DNA of 64,000 nucleotides from a virus. Its lineage: Duplodnaviria > Caudoviricetes. Positions 29,532-39,438 of this stretch are shown piece by piece. How positions within the stretch are numbered: the first letter of the stretch is position 1; each line of letters opens with the position of its first letter. The position numbers and the translations under genes were made by a program. A model generated the notes under the pieces. The model was not told the DNA's origin and made no database searches. It saw only the letters and a list, made by a program, of their open reading frames with translations. The stretch is taken from IMG/VR virus record IMGVR_UViG_3300012667_001143, positions 1 to 64,000 of that record, one strand, 5' to 3'.

Positions 29532-30576
29532 TCCAGAACAGATTCAATCTACGTTAGAGAGCATTGGTTACTCTCTCGTCGATTTCGGCAATCATTGGAG
29601 GACCAATGCTTTGTATCGAGGTGGAGATAATAAAATGTCTGTCCGTATTTATAAAAATACGGGGGTATGGACTGACTTTGTAAATGGCAGCAAGTCTCTT
29701 CCGTTCGAAAGACTTCTTCAATTAACCATTGGCACAGATTATAAAAAACTAAAAGAAATAACATCTTCTCTTCAAAAGAGTGATGAGTTCGTTTATACAA
29801 AAAAAGAAACTATTGAAATGGAAGAAATTTATCCAAAAGAAATCCTACAGAAGCTATTCCCAAACTATAACTTTTATACAAAAAGAGGTTTTTCCGAAGA
29901 GACTTTGAAGTTTTATAAAACTGGTCTTGCTGGAGCTGGCAAGATGTATCGTCGAATGGTTTTCCCAATATTCAACGAACATCAACAGATCATTGGTTTC
30001 AGTGGAAGAAAAATTGACGAAGGTAATGATCAGTCTCCAAAATGGAAGCATTTGGGCAAGAGAAAGAATTGGGTTTATCCAGCTTGTATCCCCAATGAAA
30101 CTACAGTTGATTCTATTATCAAGCAGAAGCAAGAGGTTGTTCTAGTCGAGAGCATTGGAGATAGCATGGCTCTTTTTGATTCTGGTATTAAAAATAATCT
30201 AGTTACTTTCGGGATTGGTTGCAGCCCATCGATAATTAATTATTTGAATTCAATGCCAATCAAGAAAATCATAATCTCTACAAACAACGATTTTCAATCT
30301 TCTATAAATCACGGATACAATGGATCTATCAAGATTTTAATGGCTCTTCAACCTTACTTTGATTTTGATTGTTTGGAAATTCGAATGCCTCCAGATGGAT
30401 TCAATGATCTATCTGATGCTTATGAAAGTGGACATAACTTAGAATCTTGGTATAATAAAGAGATTAATAAGAAAGAATATCTTGCAAATTTGCATACTTA
30501 TGTTAAAAAGTACATGAACCTTTTTAAGCAAAAGGAAGCTTCTTCGTTGATCAAATTGATTGAAAATTATGAGTAA
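29494..30576 (+). CDS. dnaG: DNA primase (TOPRIM)
   Basis: RRMVFPI..IIGFSGR..PKWKH, LVESIGD, TNND..G, NDLSD. Confidence 0.88.
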   Translation: MKMTATQSQTSVNPEQIQSTLESIGYSLVDFGNHWRTNALYRGGDNKMSVRIYKNTGVWTDFVNGSKSLPFERLLQLTIGTDYKKLKEITSSLQKSDEFVYTKKETIEMEEIYPKEILQKLFPNYNFYTKRGFSEETLKFYKTGLAGAGKMYRRMVFPIFNEHQQIIGFSGRKIDEGNDQSPKWKHLGKRKNWVYPACIPNETTVDSIIKQKQEVVLVESIGDSMALFDSGIKNNLVTFGIGCSPSIINYLNSMPIKKIIISTNNDFQSSINHGYNGSIKILMALQPYFDFDCLEIRMPPDGFNDLSDAYESGHNLESWYNKEINKKEYLANLHTYVKKYMNLFKQKEASSLIKLIENYE

Positions 30577-31651
30577 TCCAGTAACGCCATTATCTGCTAG
30601 TAGAATCAAAACAGCTCAATCTTGCAGTTGGCTTTATCATGCAAAGTATGTTCTTGGATTGCCCGATTCATCAAATGATGGAGCAAAGCGTGGTAGTATT
30701 TGTCACTTAGTTTTTGAGCTTCTCGGTGAGCCGAGGCGCAATGCTATTTATCAAAAAATCATTGAAGAAGAAGACATCTTCGCAAGTGAATCAGTGAAGA
30801 GGCTTGTTCTCAAGCACGCTAAAAAGTCTGGGGTCGATGATCCAGAAAATATTGAAATGATCAAGGAAATGACTCTAAATGGTTTAGAGTATGATTTCTA
30901 TGGCAAAAAAATTGATGATCCAACTGAAGCTATTTCCGAAAAAGATTTCGAGATTGTTCACGAATCCGAATGTGGAGAAATTAAATATAAAATCAAAGGA
31001 TTCATCGATAAACTCTTTCTTTATGAAAACAAGAGCTTCGCTTTGATTCGCGACTTCAAAAGCAGCAAGCAAGTATTCAAGGGTAAGGAAATCACAGATA
31101 ACCTTCAGGATTATATGTACAGCTTGGCTGTTAAGCATTTATATCCAGAGTATAAGAATCGTCAAAGTGAATTCCTGTTTTTGAAGTTTAATTTGGATGA
31201 TGAATCCAAGCTTAGAAACAGTCCCAACAGTCTTTTACAGAAGAAAGAGAAGTCTTCTGGCGTTGTGTCTATGGCTTCTATTTCCGAAGATGATCTAGAG
31301 GGTTTCGAATATCAATTGAGTGCTATGCAGAATTATCTTGATAATTTCTCTGCAAAAGACGCTGTGAATAATTTAGCTGCAAAACAACCATTTCCATCTG
31401 ATAATTCATTCAGTGGTCCACTTCAATGCGGATTTGCGAAGGTAAAAGGTCAACTCAAGAAAGACGGATCTCCAATGTGGCATTGTTTCGCGAAGTTTCC
31501 GTTTGATTATTATGTAGTTTTAAACAAGGACGGAAAGATGATCAAGTCTTATAATGAGGGAGATTTCGATCCATCTTGCGTTAAAGAAGATCAGACTTTC
31601 GAGAAGCGTCACTATGCTGGATGTCCAGCTTTTAATAAAAAATCTTATTGA
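30569..31651 (+). CDS. PD-(D/E)xK exonuclease (RecB/Cas4-like)
   Basis: LSASRIK..C, RGSICHLVFE, KGFIDKL, IRDFKSS, QDYMY. Confidence 0.85.
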   Translation: MSNPVTPLSASRIKTAQSCSWLYHAKYVLGLPDSSNDGAKRGSICHLVFELLGEPRRNAIYQKIIEEEDIFASESVKRLVLKHAKKSGVDDPENIEMIKEMTLNGLEYDFYGKKIDDPTEAISEKDFEIVHESECGEIKYKIKGFIDKLFLYENKSFALIRDFKSSKQVFKGKEITDNLQDYMYSLAVKHLYPEYKNRQSEFLFLKFNLDDESKLRNSPNSLLQKKEKSSGVVSMASISEDDLEGFEYQLSAMQNYLDNFSAKDAVNNLAAKQPFPSDNSFSGPLQCGFAKVKGQLKKDGSPMWHCFAKFPFDYYVVLNKDGKMIKSYNEGDFDPSCVKEDQTFEKRHYAGCPAFNKKSY

Positions 31652-31679
31652 TTGACAATCTGGAATTTCATGATAGGAT
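31652..31679 (+). promoter_or_regulatory. sigma70-type promoter
   Basis: TTGACA-16 nt-TAGGAT upstream of the Pol III gene trio. Confidence 0.6.
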
Positions 31680-31687
31680 CATGGTAG

Positions 31688-32425
31688 ATGATTCCTCTTT
31701 TCAAATCGACATACTCAATTGGGAAAAGTATTCTAACTCTCGATCATCCCGACAAGAATCGGGACGATGGATCTGATAGTATTTTTTCGATAGCTCAAGA
31801 AGCCTCTTTGGATACTCTCTATTTAGTAGAGGATTCGATGATCGGCTTCTTTGATGCGTTTAAAAAATCAAAAGAGTTTGGAATGAAGCTCGTTTTTGGT
31901 TATAGGTTCACATGCTGCACAGATTTAGAATCTACCGATTCTTATCACAAGCTCATTGCTTTTGCTCGCAATGATGATGGATGCAAAGACTTGAATAGAT
32001 TTTATAGCTATATCAATACTCAATCCAATTCTGTTATTTCGAACGATGATTTGGTGCGCCTTTGGACTGACAATATGCTTTTGGCTGTTCCATTTTATGA
32101 TTCATTCATTTTTAAAAATCATTTGTCTTTGAGCAACTGCACACCAGATTTTAAATCCATCAAGCCTGTTTATTTTATTGAGAATAATAATCTTCCGTTT
32201 GATGCTATGGTGGCAGAAGCTGTTAAGAGTTATGCTTCTCTAACAAATTGCAGAGTTGAGCTTGCCAAGTCTATCTATTACCGTTATAAATCTGATTGCG
32301 AAGCTTTGCAAACATACAAGGTCATTTGCAACAGAAGCTTTGGCAGGCAAGCCACGCTGTCTTCGCCAAATCTAAATCACTTCGGAAGTGATGAATTTTG
32401 CTGGGAATCATTTCAAGAACAATGA
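31688..32425 (+). CDS. Stand-alone PHP domain of DNA polymerase III alpha (metal ligands degenerate)
   Basis: STYSIGKSIL, LVEDSMIGF, MKLVFG, HKLIAFARNDDGCKDL match the DnaE PHP. Confidence 0.8.
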   Translation: MIPLFKSTYSIGKSILTLDHPDKNRDDGSDSIFSIAQEASLDTLYLVEDSMIGFFDAFKKSKEFGMKLVFGYRFTCCTDLESTDSYHKLIAFARNDDGCKDLNRFYSYINTQSNSVISNDDLVRLWTDNMLLAVPFYDSFIFKNHLSLSNCTPDFKSIKPVYFIENNNLPFDAMVAEAVKSYASLTNCRVELAKSIYYRYKSDCEALQTYKVICNRSFGRQATLSSPNLNHFGSDEFCWESFQEQ

Positions 32426-33054
32426 AAGAAGAACTACTTAGGTTTCAAAGAAACCAAAAATATCTAATCATCGATACTGAGACCGAAGGGCTTAACTTGG
32501 TTAAGTCTCGACCTTGGCAATGCGCTTGGATTACTACTGTCGGCAAGAACATCGTTGAAAAGAACGATAGATATATCAAATGGGACAACCTTCAGGTCTC
32601 AGAAGGTGCCGCCAAGATCACTGGATTTTCTGAAGAACAGTATCTCCGCAGGGCGGAAGATCCAAAGAAGGTTTGGAGAGATCTTTCTAAATATCTGTTC
32701 GATCCAGAATATATCGTTATTGGCCAAAACATTTTGGGCTTCGATGTTTATATGTTGAATATTTGGCTGAAGGGTATTGGTCAAAACAGTGATTATTCTT
32801 ATTTGCCAAGAGTGATTGATACGAAGTCTTTATCTACAGCTATTTTTAAAAATATCTTGCCAGATCGTCAAAACTTTTTATCTTGGCAGTATAAACTACT
32901 CAATCATAAAGAAAAAGGCTTGAAGACATCTCAGGCTAGTATGCTTAAGCATTACAATATTCCTCATGATCCCAAAAAACTGCACGATGCTCTTTATGAC
33001 ATCGAAATGACTTTCCAAATTTTCCTAAAACAAATCTACGATATCGAAGTATGA
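32422..33054 (+). CDS. DEDDh 3'-5' exonuclease (DnaQ/epsilon-like)
   Basis: IIDTETEGL, GQNILGFD, IDT, LHDALYD. Confidence 0.88.
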   Translation: MKEELLRFQRNQKYLIIDTETEGLNLVKSRPWQCAWITTVGKNIVEKNDRYIKWDNLQVSEGAAKITGFSEEQYLRRAEDPKKVWRDLSKYLFDPEYIVIGQNILGFDVYMLNIWLKGIGQNSDYSYLPRVIDTKSLSTAIFKNILPDRQNFLSWQYKLLNHKEKGLKTSQASMLKHYNIPHDPKKLHDALYDIEMTFQIFLKQIYDIEV

Positions 33055-35609
33055 AAGAGCTATTTACTGAATACCAAAATCCATTTCCAGCGGGCGTTAA
33101 ACTGCCAACTATTCACATCGAGCAGAAGTATTACGACTTGCTTGGTTGTAGTTCTGAAATCAGCAATTTCAACTTCTTGAGAAAGCTTTGTTTTTGGGGT
33201 GTTAAGAATCGTAGTATTGACAAGCTGAAAAACAAACAAGAATACTATGATCGTCTCACTATGGAGCTTTCTGTGTTTGAAGAACTAGGTTTCGTGGACT
33301 ATGTTCTTTTGAATTGGGACGTTCTTAATTTCTGTCACGAATCTGGAATTCCTACTGGTGCTGGTCGAGGCAGTGCCGCTGGTTCTCTTGTTCTTTATGT
33401 GGTTGGCGTAACTAATATCGATCCAATCAAATACGATCTATTCTTCGAAAGATTTGTTTCTAAGAGTCGAGCCAAAAAGATCTTCTCTAATGGGGAAGAA
33501 TTCCTTGATGGAAGTCTTGCTCCAGACGTAGACAACGACATCAGCTATGATCGTCGTCAAGAAGTTATCGATTATATTAATAATAAATACAAAGGCAAAA
33601 CATCCAAGATCCTCACTCTCAATACCCTTAGTAGCAAATTGTGCATTAAGGAGTGTGGCAAGATTGTCGGAGAAATGTCTGAATCTTCTGTAAACGAAGT
33701 TAGTGATACTATTCCAAAGAAGTTCGGAAAAGTCGCTAAGTTGAGCGATGCCTTTGCTGAAAGCGAATCCTTTAAAAGCTTCGCTTTGCAGAACAAAAAG
33801 ATTTATAGTATTGCTAAGAAAATCGAAGGACTAACAAAGAATACTGGTGTTCATCCTTCTGGTATCGCAATCAGCTATTATAAAATGGATGATATTATGC
33901 CGATGCAAAGCACTGGCGAAGGAGCCATTATGTCTGGATACGACATGAATAACGTTTCAGAGCTTTCTGTTAAATTTGATATTCTTGGGCTTAGAACTCT
34001 CTCTGTCGTTCACGACGTATGCCGCCAGATCGGTATAAAGGCATCAGAAATCGATGTAGACCATCCGAGTATCTATGCCGCACTACAGACTCTCAAAGCG
34101 CCTAGCGGGCTGTTCCAGATCGAAGCTGATACCAATTTTAAGGTAGCTCAGAAAGTTGCTCCAAAAAACCTTGAGCAGTTGTCTGCTGTGGTTGCTATTG
34201 CAAGACCAGGCGCTCTTGATTTCATGGATCGGTATGCTGATTATGCTCGCAATGGAGAGTTCCAATCTGTTCATCCATTCTTCGACGATGTTCTCAGTTA
34301 TACAGGAGGAATTCCTCTTTATCAGGAACAGTTGATGAAGATGGCAACAAAGGTTGGATTCAGCTTGGATGAATCTGAGCAGCTTCGTCGAATTGTTGGC
34401 AAAAAGAAGGTCGATCAAATGGTTGCTTGGCAGCAAAAAATCAGAGACAAGGTTCTTGAGAATAATCTAGATCCAGTCATTGCTGACGTTCTTTGGAAAG
34501 TCGCAGAAGACTCTGCAAATTATTCTTTCAATAAGAGCCATAGTATCTCATATGCCAATCTTGCGGCTATTACTCTTTATTTGAAATTTAATTATCCTCA
34601 AGAATTCTTCCTTAGCTTGTTGAAGTATGCTCAGTTCGAGCCTAATCCTCACGAAGAAATTCATAAGATTACACAGGAGCTTAGTTATTTCGACATTAAG
34701 CTTTTACCTCCAGATCTTTCTAAGTCTCAAATTGACTTCTGTATCGAAGGCAAGGATATTCGTTATGGACTGAATACAATCAAGGGTGTGTCAACTAAGG
34801 TTCTAGAGTCTCTTCTAGAATTTAGAGAGTCTGAATTCGCGAATAAATACGAAGTCTTTATTGCCGCTAAGCAAGTTGGTGTAAATATTGGTGTTCTTTC
34901 TGCGCTTATTCAAGCAGGTGTGCTAGACGCTTTTGTTAAGAAAGATCGTTGCCGTCTTGTGTTAGAAGCTCAAACCTTCAACACTCTAACAGATAGAGAA
35001 AAAAGAAACTTTATCTCACTTGGCGAAAAATACGATTTCGATATTCTTGAATCAATCAGCGCTTCGGTGAAAGATTCTTTGATTGGAGACGATAACAAAA
35101 AGATCTTTTCTGAGAAAAGATTTGAGACCTTTAAAAAGAAATACAATCCATATAAAGAAATCTACGAGAAGAACAAAAAGCATTTGAAGTTTGCTAATTG
35201 GCATTTCGAATCAAAGCTTCTTGGCTATAGCTATTCGCAGAATATTCGGGAGATTTTCAAAAATGAAATTGGTGGAGATCTCGTTTCGTCTAACACTGTT
35301 TCCAATCAGGAAAATAATAGCGTCGTGAGATTTGTCGGCACTGTCTTGGATGTGATTTCCAGAACAAGCGCCAACGGAAATAAATATGCTAGAATTGAAC
35401 TTTCGGATGAAACTGGAAATCTAACAGCCCTGCTACTGGATTCTGCGCGTGAGGCAAAATACTCTCAATATATTCAATCTGGTAAAACGCTGCCCAAAAA
35501 AGGAGGAATCGTTATTTTGATTGGCAAGAAAAACAACGATATTGTCATTATCGATAAAATGTCCTTGCTTGAAGACAAAATCTATATGAAACTTTCGGAA
35601 GTCAAATAA
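33051..35609 (+). CDS. dnaE: DNA polymerase III alpha catalytic core (lacks PHP)
   Basis: GRGSAAGSLV, FERF, PDVDND, GVHPSG, KFDILGL, YQEQLM, YSFNKSH, C-terminal OB fold. Confidence 0.95.
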   Translation: MKELFTEYQNPFPAGVKLPTIHIEQKYYDLLGCSSEISNFNFLRKLCFWGVKNRSIDKLKNKQEYYDRLTMELSVFEELGFVDYVLLNWDVLNFCHESGIPTGAGRGSAAGSLVLYVVGVTNIDPIKYDLFFERFVSKSRAKKIFSNGEEFLDGSLAPDVDNDISYDRRQEVIDYINNKYKGKTSKILTLNTLSSKLCIKECGKIVGEMSESSVNEVSDTIPKKFGKVAKLSDAFAESESFKSFALQNKKIYSIAKKIEGLTKNTGVHPSGIAISYYKMDDIMPMQSTGEGAIMSGYDMNNVSELSVKFDILGLRTLSVVHDVCRQIGIKASEIDVDHPSIYAALQTLKAPSGLFQIEADTNFKVAQKVAPKNLEQLSAVVAIARPGALDFMDRYADYARNGEFQSVHPFFDDVLSYTGGIPLYQEQLMKMATKVGFSLDESEQLRRIVGKKKVDQMVAWQQKIRDKVLENNLDPVIADVLWKVAEDSANYSFNKSHSISYANLAAITLYLKFNYPQEFFLSLLKYAQFEPNPHEEIHKITQELSYFDIKLLPPDLSKSQIDFCIEGKDIRYGLNTIKGVSTKVLESLLEFRESEFANKYEVFIAAKQVGVNIGVLSALIQAGVLDAFVKKDRCRLVLEAQTFNTLTDREKRNFISLGEKYDFDILESISASVKDSLIGDDNKKIFSEKRFETFKKKYNPYKEIYEKNKKHLKFANWHFESKLLGYSYSQNIREIFKNEIGGDLVSSNTVSNQENNSVVRFVGTVLDVISRTSANGNKYARIELSDETGNLTALLLDSAREAKYSQYIQSGKTLPKKGGIVILIGKKNNDIVIIDKMSLLEDKIYMKLSEVK

Positions 35610-35613
35610 CTCT

Positions 35614-35621
35614 GTGTAAAT
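35614..35621 (+). promoter_or_regulatory. GTGTAAAT putative phage promoter motif
   Basis: 7 nt upstream of ATG 35629. Confidence 0.55.
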
Positions 35622-35628
35622 TAATATA

Positions 35629-37893
35629 ATGGATATTCAAAAAATCAACTTTACTTCTAGTGCTTCTAGATCTATTGATCAACTAGAAGATTATGCAAAT
35701 CTTAAGCATCATGCATATCCAGATGCTGTTCACTTGTTCTACTTGTGTTTCAAAAATTCTAGCGGGTGCTTTTTAAACTTTCTTGTCAGCAGGGGCATTG
35801 ATATTTCATTTCTCAAGCTAGAAAAGTGTTTGGAGAAATTTGTCAAAGAATCAGGCGCAAATGAAAAGCCAAGTAAAAACACAAAGATCTCAAAAAATTT
35901 AGAAAAGCTTATAAAAGCATCCTATTCTCTTTGCAAGAAATATGAACACGCTTACGTTGGAACTGAGCATATTATTTACGGCTTTTTAGAAAACACTGAT
36001 AAGTTTTGTGATATGCTTCTGTCAATGGATATTGACACTGAGCATTTGAAGCTTTCTGTCTTGGCGTTTCTTGCTGGAGAAAATCCAAACACTGGATTTG
36101 GCGACGAAGGATTTGCTTTTGATGAGGATGAAGAAGACGAAGATGAATTTGCCGAATCTGATGTAAGCCACTTAAATAAGTATTGCTTGCTTTTGAATGA
36201 GCATGTAAAAAATCCATCGTTCCCAATTATTTCTGGTAGAGACAAAGAAATCAATCTGATGCAGGAGGTTCTGTGTCGTAAACAAAAAAGCAATTGTATT
36301 TTAATTGGCGAAGCTGGAACAGGCAAAACAACAATCGTCGAAGGATTGACTCAGTTGATTGAAAGCCCAAATTACGATGGTCCACTACTCAATAAAAAGG
36401 TATATTCACTTGATTTGGGTTCTTTGATTGCAGGAACTAAATACCGAGGGCAATTCGAAGCTCGATTCAGTAAGCTTCTTTCTGAGTTAAAGGAAACACC
36501 AAACAGTATTTTATTCATTGATGAAATTCACACTATTATTGGAGCTGGCGGCAAAGAAGGTTCTCAGGATTTTGCCAATATGATTAAGCCAGCTTTGGCT
36601 AGAGGAGAAATCAAATGCATTGGAGCCACGACATCTGCTGAATATAAAAAGCATTTTGAAAAGGATGCCGCTTTGACTCGACGATTTCATCCTGTCTACG
36701 TAGAAGAACCTTCGATTGAAGATGTTGCTTCAATGGTCAAGGGCGCTCTTCCTAGCTATGAATCTCATCATAATGTAAAGTTTTCGCCTTCGCTTGCTTC
36801 TTTGTCTATTAAGCTTTGTGAAACTTATTTGCCGAATCAGCGTTTCCCAGATAAAGTTTTTGATGTGATTGATCAATCCTCTTCAAAAGCTAGAATTAGA
36901 AATAAAAAGAAATCCGCCAAGGTATTGATTGATGATGTTTATTCTGTCATCGCTGATAAAATCAACGTTGATGTTCAAACGATCAAAGAGTCCAATAATA
37001 AAAAATTCCACACATTCGAGTCTTCTTTGAACGATAGTATTTTCGGTCAGAAGAATAACGTTTCTAAGATTTATGATTTGTTGGCTTGTGCAAAAGCTGG
37101 ACTGCAAAATCCAGACAAGCCTATTGCCAGTTTCTTCTTCGTTGGACCAACAAGCGTTGGAAAAACCTTTACTGCAAAACAAATAGCTAAGCAGTTCTAT
37201 GGAAACGAAAAAAGCTTTTTGCAATTGAATATGAGCGAGTATCAAGAGCAGGCTTCTATCTCTAGGCTCATTGGAGCAAGTGCTGGCTATGTTGGTTATG
37301 AAGAAGGAGGTATTCTAACAGAATTTGTTCGAAAGAATCCGAACAGTCTTATTCTTTTTGATGAAGCTGAAAAATGCAATCCAAACGTTCTTAATTTACT
37401 GCTTCAGATTTTGGACGAAGCTTGCTTGAACGATAACCTTAATCGCTCTATCGATTTTTCTAGATGCATTGTCGTAATGACTAGCAACATCGGTGTCGCG
37501 CAGGCAGATTCTCCTCAATTAGGCTTTGCTCCGCAGCAGATTGATAAAGAGCAGTCTTACAAGGATTCCGTGAAGAAGTCTCTGCCTCCAGAGCTTATTT
37601 CCAGAATCGATGAGCTTATTGTTTTTGACTCTCTCGACAAAGAATCTATTTGCAAGATCTTTCAATCAAGACTGAATGATATCAGCAAAAAAACTGAATT
37701 AAATAACATCAAGCTCAATTTTGAGATCAGTGCTTCTGATTTTATTGATTTTAATATGAATGATCACGCTAGAGACATCAAAAAAATCGTTCGCCAAGGA
37801 ATCGAGATTCCCCTCGCAAAATTCTTGGTTCAGAATTCGAAACTGAGCGAAGTCTCTGTGAAAATGCTTGACGGAAAGCTGAACATCTGCTAA
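35629..37893 (+). CDS. ClpA/ClpC-family AAA+ unfoldase
   Basis: Clp_N (YVGTEHI), GEAGTGKT, AGTKYRGQFE, FIDEIH, GPTSVGKT, GYVGYEEGG, LFDEAEK, LGF loop. Confidence 0.93.
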   Translation: MDIQKINFTSSASRSIDQLEDYANLKHHAYPDAVHLFYLCFKNSSGCFLNFLVSRGIDISFLKLEKCLEKFVKESGANEKPSKNTKISKNLEKLIKASYSLCKKYEHAYVGTEHIIYGFLENTDKFCDMLLSMDIDTEHLKLSVLAFLAGENPNTGFGDEGFAFDEDEEDEDEFAESDVSHLNKYCLLLNEHVKNPSFPIISGRDKEINLMQEVLCRKQKSNCILIGEAGTGKTTIVEGLTQLIESPNYDGPLLNKKVYSLDLGSLIAGTKYRGQFEARFSKLLSELKETPNSILFIDEIHTIIGAGGKEGSQDFANMIKPALARGEIKCIGATTSAEYKKHFEKDAALTRRFHPVYVEEPSIEDVASMVKGALPSYESHHNVKFSPSLASLSIKLCETYLPNQRFPDKVFDVIDQSSSKARIRNKKKSAKVLIDDVYSVIADKINVDVQTIKESNNKKFHTFESSLNDSIFGQKNNVSKIYDLLACAKAGLQNPDKPIASFFFVGPTSVGKTFTAKQIAKQFYGNEKSFLQLNMSEYQEQASISRLIGASAGYVGYEEGGILTEFVRKNPNSLILFDEAEKCNPNVLNLLLQILDEACLNDNLNRSIDFSRCIVVMTSNIGVAQADSPQLGFAPQQIDKEQSYKDSVKKSLPPELISRIDELIVFDSLDKESICKIFQSRLNDISKKTELNNIKLNFEISASDFIDFNMNDHARDIKKIVRQGIEIPLAKFLVQNSKLSEVSVKMLDGKLNIC

Positions 37894-37898
37894 TATAC
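37868..37898 (+). promoter_or_regulatory. sigma70-type promoter
   Basis: TTGACG-17 nt-TAATAT(ACT) before ATG 37905. Confidence 0.55.
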
Positions 37899-37904
37899 TC
37901 GTAT

Positions 37905-38120
37905 ATGAATAATACTGAAACCAACATCGTTAATGCAATGCGTCAGAGCAAGGGTCGCTTCTTCAGCCTCTCCACCAAGAACGGAAGCGTTTTTAATGCT
38001 CAGTTCTCTTATGAAACTCCAAAGACCGTTGTTATTTATGACCGAAACAACTTCTCCCATCGTCGATTGAATAAGTCGAGTTTGACCCGCCTCGGAATGG
38101 GTAAGATTCAAGTCGGTTAA
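37905..38120 (+). CDS. Small basic hypothetical protein
   Basis: 71 aa, with its own promoter and terminator. Confidence 0.65.
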   Translation: MNNTETNIVNAMRQSKGRFFSLSTKNGSVFNAQFSYETPKTVVIYDRNNFSHRRLNKSSLTRLGMGKIQVG

Positions 38121-38133
38121 TAAATTCTTAACG

Positions 38134-38161
38134 ACCCCAGTCGAAAGACTGGGGTTTTTTT
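38134..38161 (+). terminator. Intrinsic terminator
   Basis: ACCCCAGTC-GAAA-GACTGGGGT followed by a T-run. Confidence 0.9.
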
Positions 38162-38173
38162 GTATCATAAAAT

Positions 38174-39241
38174 ATGAATTCAGACTCCATTTATAAACAT
38201 CAGCCGTATTTTTTTGAAATAGAAAAAGACCAATTCGAGAATAATGGAGAAATCGTTAAAAGTATTTTAGATGAGGTGTCTATTGGAGGAAGAGACGTTT
38301 CCGTTTCTTTCTTGGCTTCAAATTATAATCACGATGTATATAAAGCCATCGTTGATGGAAAGTTTTATTGCGTTAAATACAGCTTAGATCCAAACAATAC
38401 GGGTTTAAAAACAGAGTTCAATATCATTAAACAACTCTCAAATGATTGTTCGTGCAAAGCGTTTCATTATGGACGGGAGCTTTTTGGGGAAAAGATTCAT
38501 TATTTAGTATCCTCTTATGAGAAAGGTGAGAGCTTGAAAAATTCTGGAGCTTTTTCTTTCATGAATAACATTGACGAGTTTTTCTTCAAATACTCTTTGA
38601 TTCAAAATGGAAAAGCAGATGCTGTATTTTTCAATGAATACATCAACGACTTTCTGAATTCGGCGCGTCTAGATCAGTTTCCAGAGGATGGTATTGAGGC
38701 AATGAGCGCTCACACAGACATTGAAATTATTAAAGAAACAATAAAATCAATAGAACTGGAAATATTTTCTCTTTGCAGCCCAAAAGTAATTAAAAAGAAT
38801 CAGTTATGCCACGGTAAATTAAAACCGTCTAATGTATTGTTTAAGAATGAAACTTTTAAATTTATAGATTTTACCGAATCTTATATTGGAAACATTTATT
38901 TAGACATTGCTGGTTTATGCATTTACTATGGATTTGACGAGCAAAAAGAAAAGTTTGTTCTAGATAAGTTCATGCAAATCAATGGCATTGATCCAACTCA
39001 AGATCAATACGCCGAGTATGAAGTTTGTAGCCAGATAATGAGAAGAAAAATCTTTTTAGATATTCTCACTGAATACTTAAAAGAGGTTTACGTTTTCTCG
39101 TCTTCTAGGCCGATGAGAATTGCCGAAATAATTAATTTGTTTGCAATGAACAGTAAGAAATTTTTTAGAATACCAACGGTTAATAAACACTATGAGTTTT
39201 TGTATAAGTGTATATTAGAACCGATTACTTCTGAAAATTAA
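38174..39241 (+). CDS. APH/choline-kinase-like fold protein with degenerate catalytic motif
   Basis: VYK..YCVK..E; LCHGKLKPSNVLF (HGD to HGK); FIDF; DIA. Confidence 0.7.
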   Translation: MNSDSIYKHQPYFFEIEKDQFENNGEIVKSILDEVSIGGRDVSVSFLASNYNHDVYKAIVDGKFYCVKYSLDPNNTGLKTEFNIIKQLSNDCSCKAFHYGRELFGEKIHYLVSSYEKGESLKNSGAFSFMNNIDEFFFKYSLIQNGKADAVFFNEYINDFLNSARLDQFPEDGIEAMSAHTDIEIIKETIKSIELEIFSLCSPKVIKKNQLCHGKLKPSNVLFKNETFKFIDFTESYIGNIYLDIAGLCIYYGFDEQKEKFVLDKFMQINGIDPTQDQYAEYEVCSQIMRRKIFLDILTEYLKEVYVFSSSRPMRIAEIINLFAMNSKKFFRIPTVNKHYEFLYKCILEPITSEN

Positions 39242-39432
39242 CCAAAAACAATAGAAGCTAATATCAAAGAAGAATCGTTGACATTTATAGAGCCGCCACC
39301 TCCTCCCTCTAGAGCTAATCCAGTTCCATTGACTGTTGGAATTTCATTGAAACTAACTGGTTTATTAAAAGGAATCCCAGTTAAAGAATTTAATCCAAAA
39401 AGTTGTAAATTTTCGCTCTGTTGTTGTGGCAT
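39238..39432 (-). CDS. Small virion-associated protein
   Basis: 64 aa; PTVNGTG motif; C-terminus LILASIVFG resembles that of 42381..42704. Confidence 0.5.
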   Translation of the reverse strand: MPQQQSENLQLFGLNSLTGIPFNKPVSFNEIPTVNGTGLALEGGGGGSINVNDSSLILASIVFG

Positions 39433-39438
39433 AATGGT

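Noticed and set aside
30569-31651. Cas4 as part of a CRISPR system
   Set aside because: Stand-alone RecB/Cas4-like exonucleases are routine in phage replication modules; no array or other cas genes are present.
16722-35609. Inteins or introns in nrdA, recA, dnaB or dnaE
   Set aside because: Lengths are normal or short, and no C...HN splice motifs or LAGLIDADG domains were seen.
37890-38168. Minus-strand 92-aa ORF
   Set aside because: It overlaps the + strand 71-aa gene, which has a promoter and terminator, and runs through the terminator hairpin.
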